Assembly (NCBI GenBank): GCA_016432465.1
Contig: CP066690.1
Span: 317,538 to 381,537, forward strand
Length of the DNA stretch: 64,000 bases
DNA from: Candidatus Sungiibacteriota bacterium
GTDB lineage: Bacteria; Patescibacteriota; Minisyncoccia; Sungbacterales; HO2-52-23
Direction of reading: 5' to 3'
The notes beneath the pieces are model-generated. The model was not told where the DNA came from and did no database searches. It saw only the letters and a program-made list of their open reading frames with translations. Below are positions 10,088 to 17,728 of this stretch, in pieces (position 1 is the stretch's first letter; every line of letters begins with the position of its first letter). The position numbers and the translations under genes are program-made.

Positions 10088-10663
10088 GTGGCTGCAGAAC
10101 AACCATCGGCTCTAAAAAATACCGGTACGACCAGCGGATTTCTTGATCCCGAACATATTGTCCGGTATTTTAACTTGCAAAAAGGAGACCACGTGGCGGA
10201 TTTTGGGGCCGGACACGGATATTTCACTATCCCTCTGGCCCGGACCGTAGGAGGAGACGGTAAGGTTTATGCTCTGGATATTCAGAAATCGGTTTTGGAC
10301 ATAGTGCGCGCCAAGGCTAAAATTGAAAACTTATTAAATATAGAACCGGTATGGGCAAATCTGGACGAGACGGGTGGATCAAAATTAAAGGATAAGTTCA
10401 TTGATTTTGTGCTGATCGCCAGTATTATTTTTCAAGCGGAAAAAAAAGAAAACTTGTTTTTGGAGGCTTACCGGATTCTACGCGATGGCGGGCGATTGGC
10501 GGTGATTGAGTGGGAAGAAACGCCAGTCGGAACATTTGGTCCGCCGTCCGAATTTCGGATAAAAAAGGAGTTAGTAAAACAATGGTCAAAGACGGCGGGG
10601 TTTTCGTTTGAACTGGAATTTGAAACGGGGTCGCACCACTACGGCTTAATGTTCAAAAAGTAG
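10088..10663 (+). CDS. class I SAM-dependent methyltransferase
   Basis: GTG start; motif I VADFGAGHGYFTIPLA. Confidence 0.55.
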   Translation: MAAEQPSALKNTGTTSGFLDPEHIVRYFNLQKGDHVADFGAGHGYFTIPLARTVGGDGKVYALDIQKSVLDIVRAKAKIENLLNIEPVWANLDETGGSKLKDKFIDFVLIASIIFQAEKKENLFLEAYRILRDGGRLAVIEWEETPVGTFGPPSEFRIKKELVKQWSKTAGFSFELEFETGSHHYGLMFKK

Positions 10664-10665
10664 TT

Positions 10666-11943
10666 ATGGCTCGTCCTCTAAATACAGTGCTTGTTGTGGC
10701 CGGACTGGTTGCGGTCATTTTGATTCTGGCTCTGGCGGGAATACTGCCGGGAAGGAAAACCGCCAAGCCCCAGCCCGCTACTTTGGAATTTTGGGGATTG
10801 AAGGACGATGACCTTTTGTGGCGTCCTATTCTGGAAAAATTCAGGAAGGAAAAACCCCACCTTACCGTAAACTATCGGCGTTTTGACGAAATCTCTTACG
10901 AAGAAAACCTTATCAACAAAATGGCCGAGGGCCGCGGTCCGGACATCTTTTTCCTAAAAAACTCATGGGTTGAAAAACATCGCGACAAAATTTTACCCCT
11001 GCCGCAGGAAGTTTTAAAATTTACCGTCAAAGATTTTCAAAAAACTTTTGTAGATGTCGCCTCTCAAGATTTAACCACCAGCGACAATCAAATCCTTGGT
11101 CTGCCCCTTTTTGTGGACACCTTGGCTCTTTTTTATAACAAAGATGTTTTTAACGCCGGGGGCGTGGCCGAAACGCCTAAAACTTGGGGCGAGCTGGAAG
11201 CTGTAGCCAAGAATCTTACCAAAAAAACTGCGGCAGGAGACATCACAAAGTCAGGAGTTGCTCTGGGCGGATCTTCCAACATTGAACACGCGCTTGAGAT
11301 TTTAAGCGCTTTCGTACTGCAGGGGGGTGATAAAATTATAAATCGCGCTAACATGGCGCTGGAACTTGGCGCCCCATCCCGGGAGGCTCTGGATTTTTAT
11401 ACCTCATTTGCCAACGCTAAAAACCCAAACTTTTCCTGGACATTGCGCCAACCTAAGTCTCTGGACGCCTTTTCGCAGGAGCTTACGGCCATGGCCCTTG
11501 GCTTTGCGGATGATCTGCCCAGGGTTAAAGCCAAGAATCCGCATCTTAACTTCGGCGTATCTTTTCTGCCCCAGCGCGCCGATGCCAAAACCTTTGTAAC
11601 TTACGGCAGTTATTTTTTCCCGACCGTATCCCGCCTTTCCAACAATCCGCTTCCTGCTTGGGAGTTTATTCTCTTTGCCGCATCGGCTGATTCTTCAGAA
11701 ATTTATACTAAAAACTCGGGGAAGCCTCCGGCCCGACGCGATCTTCTGGCGAAAAACGCCGCGGCCCTTGAACTGGATATTTTTTATCGTCAGGCCCTTA
11801 CGGCCAAAAGCTGGCCCATTACTGACGAAAAAATAACTCGCCGTCTTTTTGAAGATACGATAGAATCCGTAGTAACCGGGGGAAATACCACAGACACGGC
11901 CTTGAATCGTCTAAGGGAGAAACTTAGTCTTAGTCTGCCATGA
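10666..11943 (+). CDS. ABC transporter extracellular solute-binding protein (family 1, sugar-type)
   Basis: N-terminal membrane anchor, then typical SBP_bac_1-like sequence (WGLKDDDLLWRPILEKF..., LPLFVDTLALFYNKDVF). Confidence 0.6.
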   Translation: MARPLNTVLVVAGLVAVILILALAGILPGRKTAKPQPATLEFWGLKDDDLLWRPILEKFRKEKPHLTVNYRRFDEISYEENLINKMAEGRGPDIFFLKNSWVEKHRDKILPLPQEVLKFTVKDFQKTFVDVASQDLTTSDNQILGLPLFVDTLALFYNKDVFNAGGVAETPKTWGELEAVAKNLTKKTAAGDITKSGVALGGSSNIEHALEILSAFVLQGGDKIINRANMALELGAPSREALDFYTSFANAKNPNFSWTLRQPKSLDAFSQELTAMALGFADDLPRVKAKNPHLNFGVSFLPQRADAKTFVTYGSYFFPTVSRLSNNPLPAWEFILFAASADSSEIYTKNSGKPPARRDLLAKNAAALELDIFYRQALTAKSWPITDEKITRRLFEDTIESVVTGGNTTDTALNRLREKLSLSLP

Positions 11944-12947
11944 AAATTATCCGCTATCGCACGCTTTCTTTTTGGACCGCAACAACTGGTTTGGTTTTAA
12001 TTGCGGCTGTTTTCGCAATACCATTTTTTGTTTCTGCTCAAGGTATAATCCCGCAGTGTCCGGACCGAATTATTGTTGATTCTGCGGGCAAAGAGCTGCA
12101 AAGGATTCCCAACGTCTGTACGGCCTGCGACCTTTTTAACCTTTCTCAAAGTGTACTTAATTTTGTCTGGAGGCTATCTGCGGTAGGGGCTGCCCTGATG
12201 CTTGGTTACGGCGGGTTTTTGATGATTGTGCCGGGAATTGGCGGAGAAAAATCAGCAGCCATGTATGAGAAGGGTAAAAAGGTCCTAACCAACACAGTTA
12301 TTGGCCTTGTGATTATCTTCTTTGCATGGCTGGCCGTAGATACTATAATAAAAGTGTTGGGGGGGAAAATAGCAGCTGGCTTTGGCGAAAATACGGAATA
12401 TCTGGGCGGCGGAGGCTTTGAATTCGGACCATGGAACCGGATTAACTGTTCGCCCCCGGAAACCAGAAAAGTTGTAGCATCGCCCGCAACAAAACCAACA
12501 ACACCTACGCCAGCCCCCATTCCATCCCCCACCACTAGTCCAACCCTAAATCACGCCGAAGCTCTTGGGATTTTTGCTGCTAATCGTATAAAAATTGAAT
12601 CCAAGGGAAACTGTGATGACCGAAACAGCGCCGTCTGTACTTCTCTTGAGGGCCTAAGGAGAACCACCCTCAATCGTGTAGTACTGTTTAAACTGGAATG
12701 TAACTGCGAGGTTACCGTAAGCGGAGGAACAGAGACGGGACACGAAGCAGGACAGTTTAGTCATGCCAGCGGGTATAAGGTTGATATTAAAAGAACAGCA
12801 GCGGTTGACTCCTATATCACCCGTAACTACCGCAACGCAGGAAAACGCAGTGACGGAGCACAAATTTTTGTTGCGCCGGACGGAGCAGAGTTTGCGCGTG
12901 AAAGCAGTCACTGGGACGTAAGGGGGTGGGATGTAACCGTCCGCTAA
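11940..12947 (+). CDS. membrane protein with N-terminal TrbC/VirB2-like pilin domain, Pro/Thr linker and C-terminal Cys-containing domain
   Basis: Signal/TM, then two TM helices in the same arrangement as the small pilin paralogs downstream (LMLGYGGFLMIVPG...VIGLVIIFFAWLAVDTIIKVLGG); PTTPTPAPIPSPTTSPT linker. Confidence 0.55.
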   Translation: MKIIRYRTLSFWTATTGLVLIAAVFAIPFFVSAQGIIPQCPDRIIVDSAGKELQRIPNVCTACDLFNLSQSVLNFVWRLSAVGAALMLGYGGFLMIVPGIGGEKSAAMYEKGKKVLTNTVIGLVIIFFAWLAVDTIIKVLGGKIAAGFGENTEYLGGGGFEFGPWNRINCSPPETRKVVASPATKPTTPTPAPIPSPTTSPTLNHAEALGIFAANRIKIESKGNCDDRNSAVCTSLEGLRRTTLNRVVLFKLECNCEVTVSGGTETGHEAGQFSHASGYKVDIKRTAAVDSYITRNYRNAGKRSDGAQIFVAPDGAEFARESSHWDVRGWDVTVR

Positions 12948-13023
12948 AATTAATTAAGTAAACCTATGGATTACGTTTCAGCCACATTTTTAATCAATTT
13001 AATAGTTTTTTATATCGTCACCA

Positions 13024-13383
13024 ATGAGTTGGTTGAACTTTAGGAGGGTGTTTTTAGGATTTGGGGTCTGGCTAAACTGTGTTATACTTACCTTGGTTCG
13101 CTCAACTGTTGTTTTTGCTCAGACCGAAATTCCCAACCCCATCAAATCGCAAGACTTCGGGGAGCTGGTAAAAACCATTGCCCGGGGAATACAGACTATT
13201 GCCTTGCCCTTGGCCGTTGTGGCCATTGTTTTTGCCGGTTTTCAGATGATTATTTCGTCCGGCAACGAGGCCAAGCTCAAGGAGGCCAAAAAAACACTGA
13301 CTTGGGTTTTGGTGGGAACAGCCATTGTGGTTGGGGCAACGGTTCTGGCTGAAGTTATGGTAAACTTTGCCAAAACATTATAA
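13024..13383 (+). CDS. TrbC/VirB2-like (T4SS-type) pilin family small membrane protein
   Basis: Signal peptide ending ...VVFAQ, then two TM helices separated by a SGNEAKLKEAKK loop. Confidence 0.6.
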   Translation: MSWLNFRRVFLGFGVWLNCVILTLVRSTVVFAQTEIPNPIKSQDFGELVKTIARGIQTIALPLAVVAIVFAGFQMIISSGNEAKLKEAKKTLTWVLVGTAIVVGATVLAEVMVNFAKTL

Positions 13384-13420
13384 AAGGTCGACCTTAGTTA
13401 ATCACCATAGAAAAAATATA

Positions 13421-13774
13421 ATGTCTAAACTATTAAAACTCTATCCTACCTTCGTGGTCGGCGCTTCCCTTCTGCCGTTGGTGGCCGGGGCGCAAACCCC
13501 CCAAACTCTGTCAGACATCATTCAAAAGATTAGCGGCACCCTGCAAACAATTATTGGAGTCCTTTTTGTTCTGGCCACGGTCATATTTCTCTGGGGAGTG
13601 ATAAAATTTGTTGCCAGTGCCGGCGATGAAACTGCACGCAGCAAGGCCAAGGGTATTATGACTTGGGGCATAATTGGGCTGGCAGTAATGGCAGCCACTT
13701 GGGCAGTAGTTAATATACTGGTTAACTACTTCGTTGGCACTGATGCCGGCATACCACGGGGGCCGCGTCAATAA
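13421..13774 (+). CDS. TrbC/VirB2-like pilin family small membrane protein (paralog)
   Basis: MSKLLKLYPTFVVGASLLPLVAGAQT signal, two TM helices, SAGDETARSKAKG loop; ATG 13421 chosen over the track start 13367, which overlaps the upstream gene. Confidence 0.6.
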   Translation: MSKLLKLYPTFVVGASLLPLVAGAQTPQTLSDIIQKISGTLQTIIGVLFVLATVIFLWGVIKFVASAGDETARSKAKGIMTWGIIGLAVMAATWAVVNILVNYFVGTDAGIPRGPRQ

Positions 13775-13797
13775 CCAAAAATGTCAGCAACGAGAGT

Positions 13798-14046
13798 ATG
13801 ACAACCATTGCCGACCTCATTAAAAAAATAGAGATCGGACTTTTGAATCCGCTGATAAGTCTGCTTTTTGTTGTAGCCACGGTTGTTTTTTTCTGGGGCA
13901 TTATTCAGTATGTGATCGGTGGTCATGGAGACCCCAAAAAACTTGACCAAGGTAAACAGGCAATGTTTTGGGGAATTATCGGAATGTTTATCATGCTCTC
14001 GGCTTGGGCCATTGTAAATATTCTTGCGAATTTTTTTAAACTCTGA
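13798..14046 (+). CDS. TrbC/VirB2-like pilin family small membrane protein (paralog)
   Basis: 82 aa, two TM helices with a GGHGDPKKLDQGKQA loop; same architecture as the two upstream genes. Confidence 0.6.
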   Translation: MTTIADLIKKIEIGLLNPLISLLFVVATVVFFWGIIQYVIGGHGDPKKLDQGKQAMFWGIIGMFIMLSAWAIVNILANFFKL

Positions 14047-14143
14047 GAAGTAATTAGGTGATAATCCAACCCCGCCCTTTGGGTTTCTCCCCAAAGGGCG
14101 GGGTTGAAATTTGAGCAATTTTTGACTATGATAAAGTTGTGGG

Positions 14144-14250
14144 CTCGCCCCGTTAGAGATTTAGATTGGATATCCTGGTGCACGTTTAAGAACCGAAGTT
14201 AAAGGTATGACTTCTTTTTAGGGCTCACCCTACATCTCTAACGGGGCGAG
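14144..14250. repeat. MITE-like inverted-repeat element (copy Z) whose right arm abuts or overlaps the tRNA-Leu 5' end
   Basis: CTCGCCCCGTTAGAGAT (14144-14160) and ATCTCTAACGGGGCGAG (14234-14250) are exact reverse complements (17 bp) around a ~73-nt core; the same terminal motif recurs at 39025-39143, 39675-39776 and 34954-34967. Confidence 0.6.
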
Positions 14251-14327
14251 TAGCCGAATTGGTATAGGCGCTAGGCCTAGGACCTAGTGGTCGAAAGGCC
14301 GTGGAGGTTCGAGTCCTCTCTCGCCCA
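14244..14327 (+). tRNA. tRNA-Leu (anticodon UAG), type II with long variable arm
   Basis: Acceptor GGGCGAG/CTCGCCC+A, anticodon stem CTAGG/CCTAG, loop CCTAGGA, variable arm GGTC-GAAA-GGCC, T-arm GGAGG-TTCGAGT-CCTCT; position 33 reads C rather than U, which is unusual. Confidence 0.65.
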
Positions 14328-14367
14328 TTTGCCCGTGTAGTTTAACGGCAAAACAACCCCACCCTTT

Positions 14368-14440
14368 GCCCAAGTAGCTCAGTTGGTAGAGCACGATCAT
14401 GGTAAGATCGGGGTCCGCGGTTCGATTCCGCGCTTGGGCT
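14368..14440 (+). tRNA. tRNA-Thr (anticodon GGU)
   Basis: GCCCAAG-TA-GCTC-AGTTGGTA-GAGC-A-CGATC-ATGGTAA-GATCG-GGGTC-CGCGG-TTCGATT-CCGCG-CTTGGGC-T; all stems perfect. Confidence 0.85.
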
Positions 14441-14527
14441 GAACAAAGAGCGGGGTAAACGAGAGTTCAACTCTCTCCTCGGGCTCTGTTAAACATCGAG
14501 TGTTTAACATTAATTAATCAAATAGCT

Positions 14528-14656
14528 ATGGCCCAACTTAATCTCATACGATTGCAGTGTACTGTCTGCAAACGCATCAAAGCCGACGCGTCGGTCGGCT
14601 CCCCGACTTCACTATCGTATTTAAGATCGTGCGTCGGGGCTACTGGACTTAAATAA
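14528..14656 (+). pseudogene. 5' partial duplicate of rpmG (L33), frame-continued into unrelated sequence
   Basis: MAQLNLIRLQCTVCKR matches the L33 N-terminus MPQLNLIRLQCTTCKR of the intact gene 133 nt downstream (~75% nt identity over the first 48 nt); the second CxxC zinc-ribbon half is absent. Confidence 0.5.
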
Positions 14657-14660
14657 AAAT

Positions 14661-14822
14661 ATGCCGCAACTAAATTTAATAAGGTTACAGTGTACCACTT
14701 GTAAACGCTATAACTACTGGACGCGAAAAAATATCCGCAAAGTTGAGCGGAAACTTCAGTTTAAAAAATACTGCAAATGGGATCGGAAACATACACTACA
14801 TAAAGAAGCCAAGAAGACGTAG
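14661..14822 (+). CDS. rpmG: 50S ribosomal protein L33
   Basis: 53-aa ORF MPQLNLIRLQCTTCKRYNYWTRKNIRKVERKLQFKKYCKWDRKHTLHKEAKKT with CxxC...C L33 zinc-ribbon pattern; below the 60-aa cut-off of the ORF track. Confidence 0.8.
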   Translation: MPQLNLIRLQCTTCKRYNYWTRKNIRKVERKLQFKKYCKWDRKHTLHKEAKKT

Positions 14823-14836
14823 CTGTTCCTGAAAGT

Positions 14837-15001
14837 GGGTGCGTGGCGCAATTGGTGGCGCGTCGGTCTCCAATCCCGCCCTTTCATTGGGGGTGTAAGC
14901 TTAGCGGTAAACTGCGGGTCTCCAAAACCCGACTCCTCCGTTCGAATCGGAGCACCCCCGTTGAAAGGGCGGGACGAGCCCTGGCGCACCCGATACTAAA
15001 A
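14837..15001 (+). other. tRNA-like palindromic shell enclosing tRNA-Trp (5' half of a second tRNA-Trp-like sequence plus complementary 3' acceptor strand)
   Basis: GGGTGCG-TG-GCGC-AATTGGT-GGCGC-G-TCGGT-CTCCAAT (acceptor, perfect D-arm, anticodon stem/loop with CCA) at 14837-14884; far side CGCACCC (14995-15001) is complementary to GGGTGCG; inner 12-bp inverted repeat CCCGCCCTTTCA (14885-14896) / TGAAAGGGCGGG (14972-14983). Confidence 0.5.
14899..14970 (+). tRNA. tRNA-Trp (anticodon CCA)
   Basis: GGGGGTG-TA-AGCT-TAGCGGTAA-ACT-G-CGGGT-CTCCAAA-ACCCG-ACTC-CTCCG-TTCGAAT-CGGAG-CACCCCC-G; acceptor and anticodon stems perfect. Confidence 0.8.
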
Positions 15002-15102
15002 GATAACCGCAACCTGCGCGGTTATTTTGGTTGGGTTGGGCTGGACTTGATAGAAAGCTGTAAGAAAGCTAACCTAAAGTTTTTCCCGGCACACACGCAC
15101 TA

Positions 15103-15131
15103 TTGACACTTAGAAAGAAGTACGTTACAAT
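15103..15131 (+). promoter_or_regulatory. sigma70-like promoter for 15197..16078
   Basis: TTGACA (15103-15108), 17-nt spacer, TACAAT (15126-15131); RBS GAAAGGAGAG upstream of ATG 15197. Confidence 0.55.
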
Positions 15132-15196
15132 AATAGATAGAGCCGGGGCCAAATCTACGCCGGCTTCAGGAAAAAACTAGAAAGGAGAGTATAGGC

Positions 15197-16078
15197 ATGA
15201 GTAAAACAATGGTTGTTGCCCCAATCATTGGAGCACTCGTAAAGAGCGAGGATATTCTTGGAAAAGATAGAGACTGGAACGCTATCAATGGGGACCAAAG
15301 CTATTTTCTGGAACGGTTCTTTGCTGCCAAAAATGAACTTCCCAGATACTCAGATAAAGAGCTTCGTAGCTGGGTAAGCTGGGTAGCGTCGGAGCTGAAC
15401 GAGATCCTCAAGAAGGAAGGGTTTGACATTCAACTCAAAGACTTCGATCCAAGGACTTTCGGCGTCGTATCGATTCTTGATGTTCTAGTGGAGTGGTTAG
15501 CGGAGGGTAGCAAAGATAACCTTCGGGTCGGAGGTGTTAGTTACCCCGCGGTTAGGATGAAGCCCGCTGCTGAAGTTGATGGCACATTCAAAACCGTCTT
15601 TGAAGTTTATAGCTCACCTCGGCACCGGCATCCAATTGTAGTGCTTCATACAAAGTCTGGCGATAAACTTTACATGACAGTCGCTGATGGAGCCATGGAT
15701 GGTTTCCGTCTCACCACCAAGATCGATGAAATCCGCGGGAGCTTACAGCCCGATAGAACACGCTATACCTATCTGAGGTTTCCGATGGTTGATCTCAACC
15801 AAGAGATAGATATTAGTTGGCTAATCGGGATGTGGACTGGCCAAGATTCCATCTCTCAAGCCCTACAACAAACAAAGTTCAAAATGAACCAGTTGGGGGC
15901 AAGAGTAAAGAGTGCCGTAGCGATTGCAGTGACACGAAGTGTTAATCGGGAGGTTGGACTAGATATTGACCAACCCTTCTACCTCTGGATTGAAAGGGAC
16001 GGTGTTACGGTACCCGTAATGTATGCCTACCTCGATCAAGAGGACTGGAAAAACCCGGGCAATCTATCCGAGATGTAG
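15197..16078 (+). CDS. hypothetical protein (ORFan, appears GC-richer than surroundings)
   Basis: 293-aa ORF with strong RBS and its own promoter immediately downstream of tRNA-Trp; no recognisable motifs. Confidence 0.55.
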   Translation: MSKTMVVAPIIGALVKSEDILGKDRDWNAINGDQSYFLERFFAAKNELPRYSDKELRSWVSWVASELNEILKKEGFDIQLKDFDPRTFGVVSILDVLVEWLAEGSKDNLRVGGVSYPAVRMKPAAEVDGTFKTVFEVYSSPRHRHPIVVLHTKSGDKLYMTVADGAMDGFRLTTKIDEIRGSLQPDRTRYTYLRFPMVDLNQEIDISWLIGMWTGQDSISQALQQTKFKMNQLGARVKSAVAIAVTRSVNREVGLDIDQPFYLWIERDGVTVPVMYAYLDQEDWKNPGNLSEM

Positions 16079-16236
16079 GCACCAAGGGGTGTACGTGAGG
16101 AAACTCCGTACGCCCTATTTTTTATACAAAAGTGTTTGAGAAAGGCGAGTTTGACTTTTTTCTGAAATGGTCTAAACTATAGATAGTTTTGGGGAGACAG
16201 CATAGAACTGTTTTCCCGAGTAATCAACAAGGGAAG

Positions 16237-16404
16237 ATGACCATGGGGTGGACTACATCTTTTCTCTGTTATATCTTAGGACACAAATGGTGTGTCTTAC
16301 CTGACGAGCTTAGATACTCTCTTGTCAGTAGAATGTTGTGTCGGCGTTGTGGTGGTTCTAAGGTAACCGCCATACACGCCGCCTTGGGTGACGAAGACCA
16401 TTAG
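16237..16404 (+). CDS. small Cys-containing hypothetical protein
   Basis: ORF MTMGWTTSFLCYILGHKWCVLPDEL...CRRCGGSK (C/H-rich); preceded by AAGGGAAG and driven by repeated promoter module copy 1; start (16237 or 16243) uncertain. Confidence 0.4.
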   Translation: MTMGWTTSFLCYILGHKWCVLPDELRYSLVSRMLCRRCGGSKVTAIHAALGDEDH

Positions 16405-16410
16405 GGGGGC

Positions 16411-16446
16411 GTATGTGGGGTTGCTCTCACACACGCCCCGTTTTTT
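16411..16446 (+). terminator. Rho-independent terminator
   Basis: GGGGCGT...ACGCCCC 7-bp stem followed by GTTTTTTAT. Confidence 0.55.
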
Positions 16447-16540
16447 ATGCAGAAACTCCACTAAAATCTGGGGATGACCGCCAGCCGACTTCAAAGACTG
16501 ACGCGGATAAGAAAAGAGAAACCGAGCGAACATGCTCGGC

Positions 16541-16960
16541 TTAATCATAAAGTTGCCACGGGAGAGCTTCATTTCTGAAGTTAAACCCACGGGCCACTTT
16601 AAAGGCGGTAGTCAAAAATCTTTTTGTGGGCTCATCAAGCTTCTCAAAACTTTCCAACCAAAGTTTTTTCGTCTCCTCTGGTAATGCATACGCGTCAAAA
16701 TGGGGACTAGTGGTTACCACGCTTCCTGTCAAACATAATGCCCTTATAAACTCCGTTAGTTCTTCAGATTTCGGGTACGGTCCGTCCCAGTCAAATCCGA
16801 GATTCCCAAAGAAGTCGGGCTTTCCCGCTACGTGAGGCATATTCTTTAACTTGTAAAACAGCGTATGCCACGGTTCAGGAATGCGAAACGAAAACGGTAC
16901 CCCACCCTGATGCAACAAAAGAACTAAGTATTTTACAAAATCGCCCAGCGTTACTTCCAT
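16541..16960 (-). CDS. hypothetical protein
   Basis: 139-aa ORF; no recognisable motifs. Confidence 0.45.
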   Translation of the reverse strand: MEVTLGDFVKYLVLLLHQGGVPFSFRIPEPWHTLFYKLKNMPHVAGKPDFFGNLGFDWDGPYPKSEELTEFIRALCLTGSVVTTSPHFDAYALPEETKKLWLESFEKLDEPTKRFLTTAFKVARGFNFRNEALPWQLYD

Positions 16961-17452
16961 TCAAGTCTCCCTGCAAAATCTATCTACGAGTATACTAGCT
17001 TACTGCTTTATAAGTAGCAACCCAGTGTATAATGCAACCCAATTTTGGACTCTTGAGGGGAAGTCAAACTTCCCTGAGGCAAATAAATTGGTAATGACTC
17101 GGGCTGAAGCGTCAGCATAAATTGTATCAGTTAAAGTCGTTTTTATGTTTACGGGGTTTTACGAGGTTCAACCTCGTAAATAAGGATTTATCTTAACATT
17201 CATTAGACGATCGTCCATAGAGTGTTAAGATAAGTTTTAGCCGACTAAAAACCCCTCTTTTACTCCTTCTGCCGGTCGTTCCAACAAACGTCGGCTTTAC
17301 ATTTTTAAAGAGTTTACGAGGTTAAACCTCGTAAGATATACGCGCCGTTCTTTTTTATGCAAAAGTATCCGAAAGAGACGAGTTTGACTTTTTTAGTAGA
17401 CTTGTTAAAATTATATTAGTTCTAGCATCAGTTTACTGGAGGGAGGAAGACC
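16961..17452. repeat. ~490-nt noncoding region packed with hairpins and a duplicated promoter module
   Basis: TACGAGGTT-NN-AACCTCGTA hairpin twice (17167-17187, 17304-17322); ATCTTAACA...TGTTAAGAT inverted repeat; CGCC..TTTTTTATGCAAAAGT...TTGACT module shared with 16112-16180. Confidence 0.5.
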
Positions 17453-17650
17453 ATGGAACGAATGACGGTAAAAAAGAAAGTGGGCGAGACCGATAGAGTT
17501 TTGCTTTATGGGACTGACCATAATTACCACCTTATAGCTCGCACAGTGGATGATGTGGAAGTTGGCGACACGGTGGAATATGAGCCGTATGGGGTGAATT
17601 TTGGTTGGTTCAAGCGAGTAATTTATCGTCCCTCGTCAAAAGCGGTGTGA
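17453..17650 (+). CDS. small hypothetical protein
   Basis: 65-aa ORF with RBS GGAGGGAGGAAGACC directly upstream of ATG 17453; downstream of repeated promoter module copy 3 (TTGACT, 16 nt, TAAAAT). Confidence 0.5.
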   Translation: MERMTVKKKVGETDRVLLYGTDHNYHLIARTVDDVEVGDTVEYEPYGVNFGWFKRVIYRPSSKAV

Positions 17651-17728
17651 TAATATCAATCCGCTTTTTCATTTGATAATAGCTAAATTAAATGATAACT
17701 TTGGAACGAAGAACTCTTCATCCCCCAT

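Noticed and set aside
14837-15001. Reading the outer tRNA-like shell as an intron-containing tRNA gene with tRNA-Trp as the intron
   Set aside because: The outer 3' portion lacks any T-arm (no GTTCRA loop or stem) and cannot complete a cloverleaf after removing the insert; treated as a disrupted copy or scaffold instead
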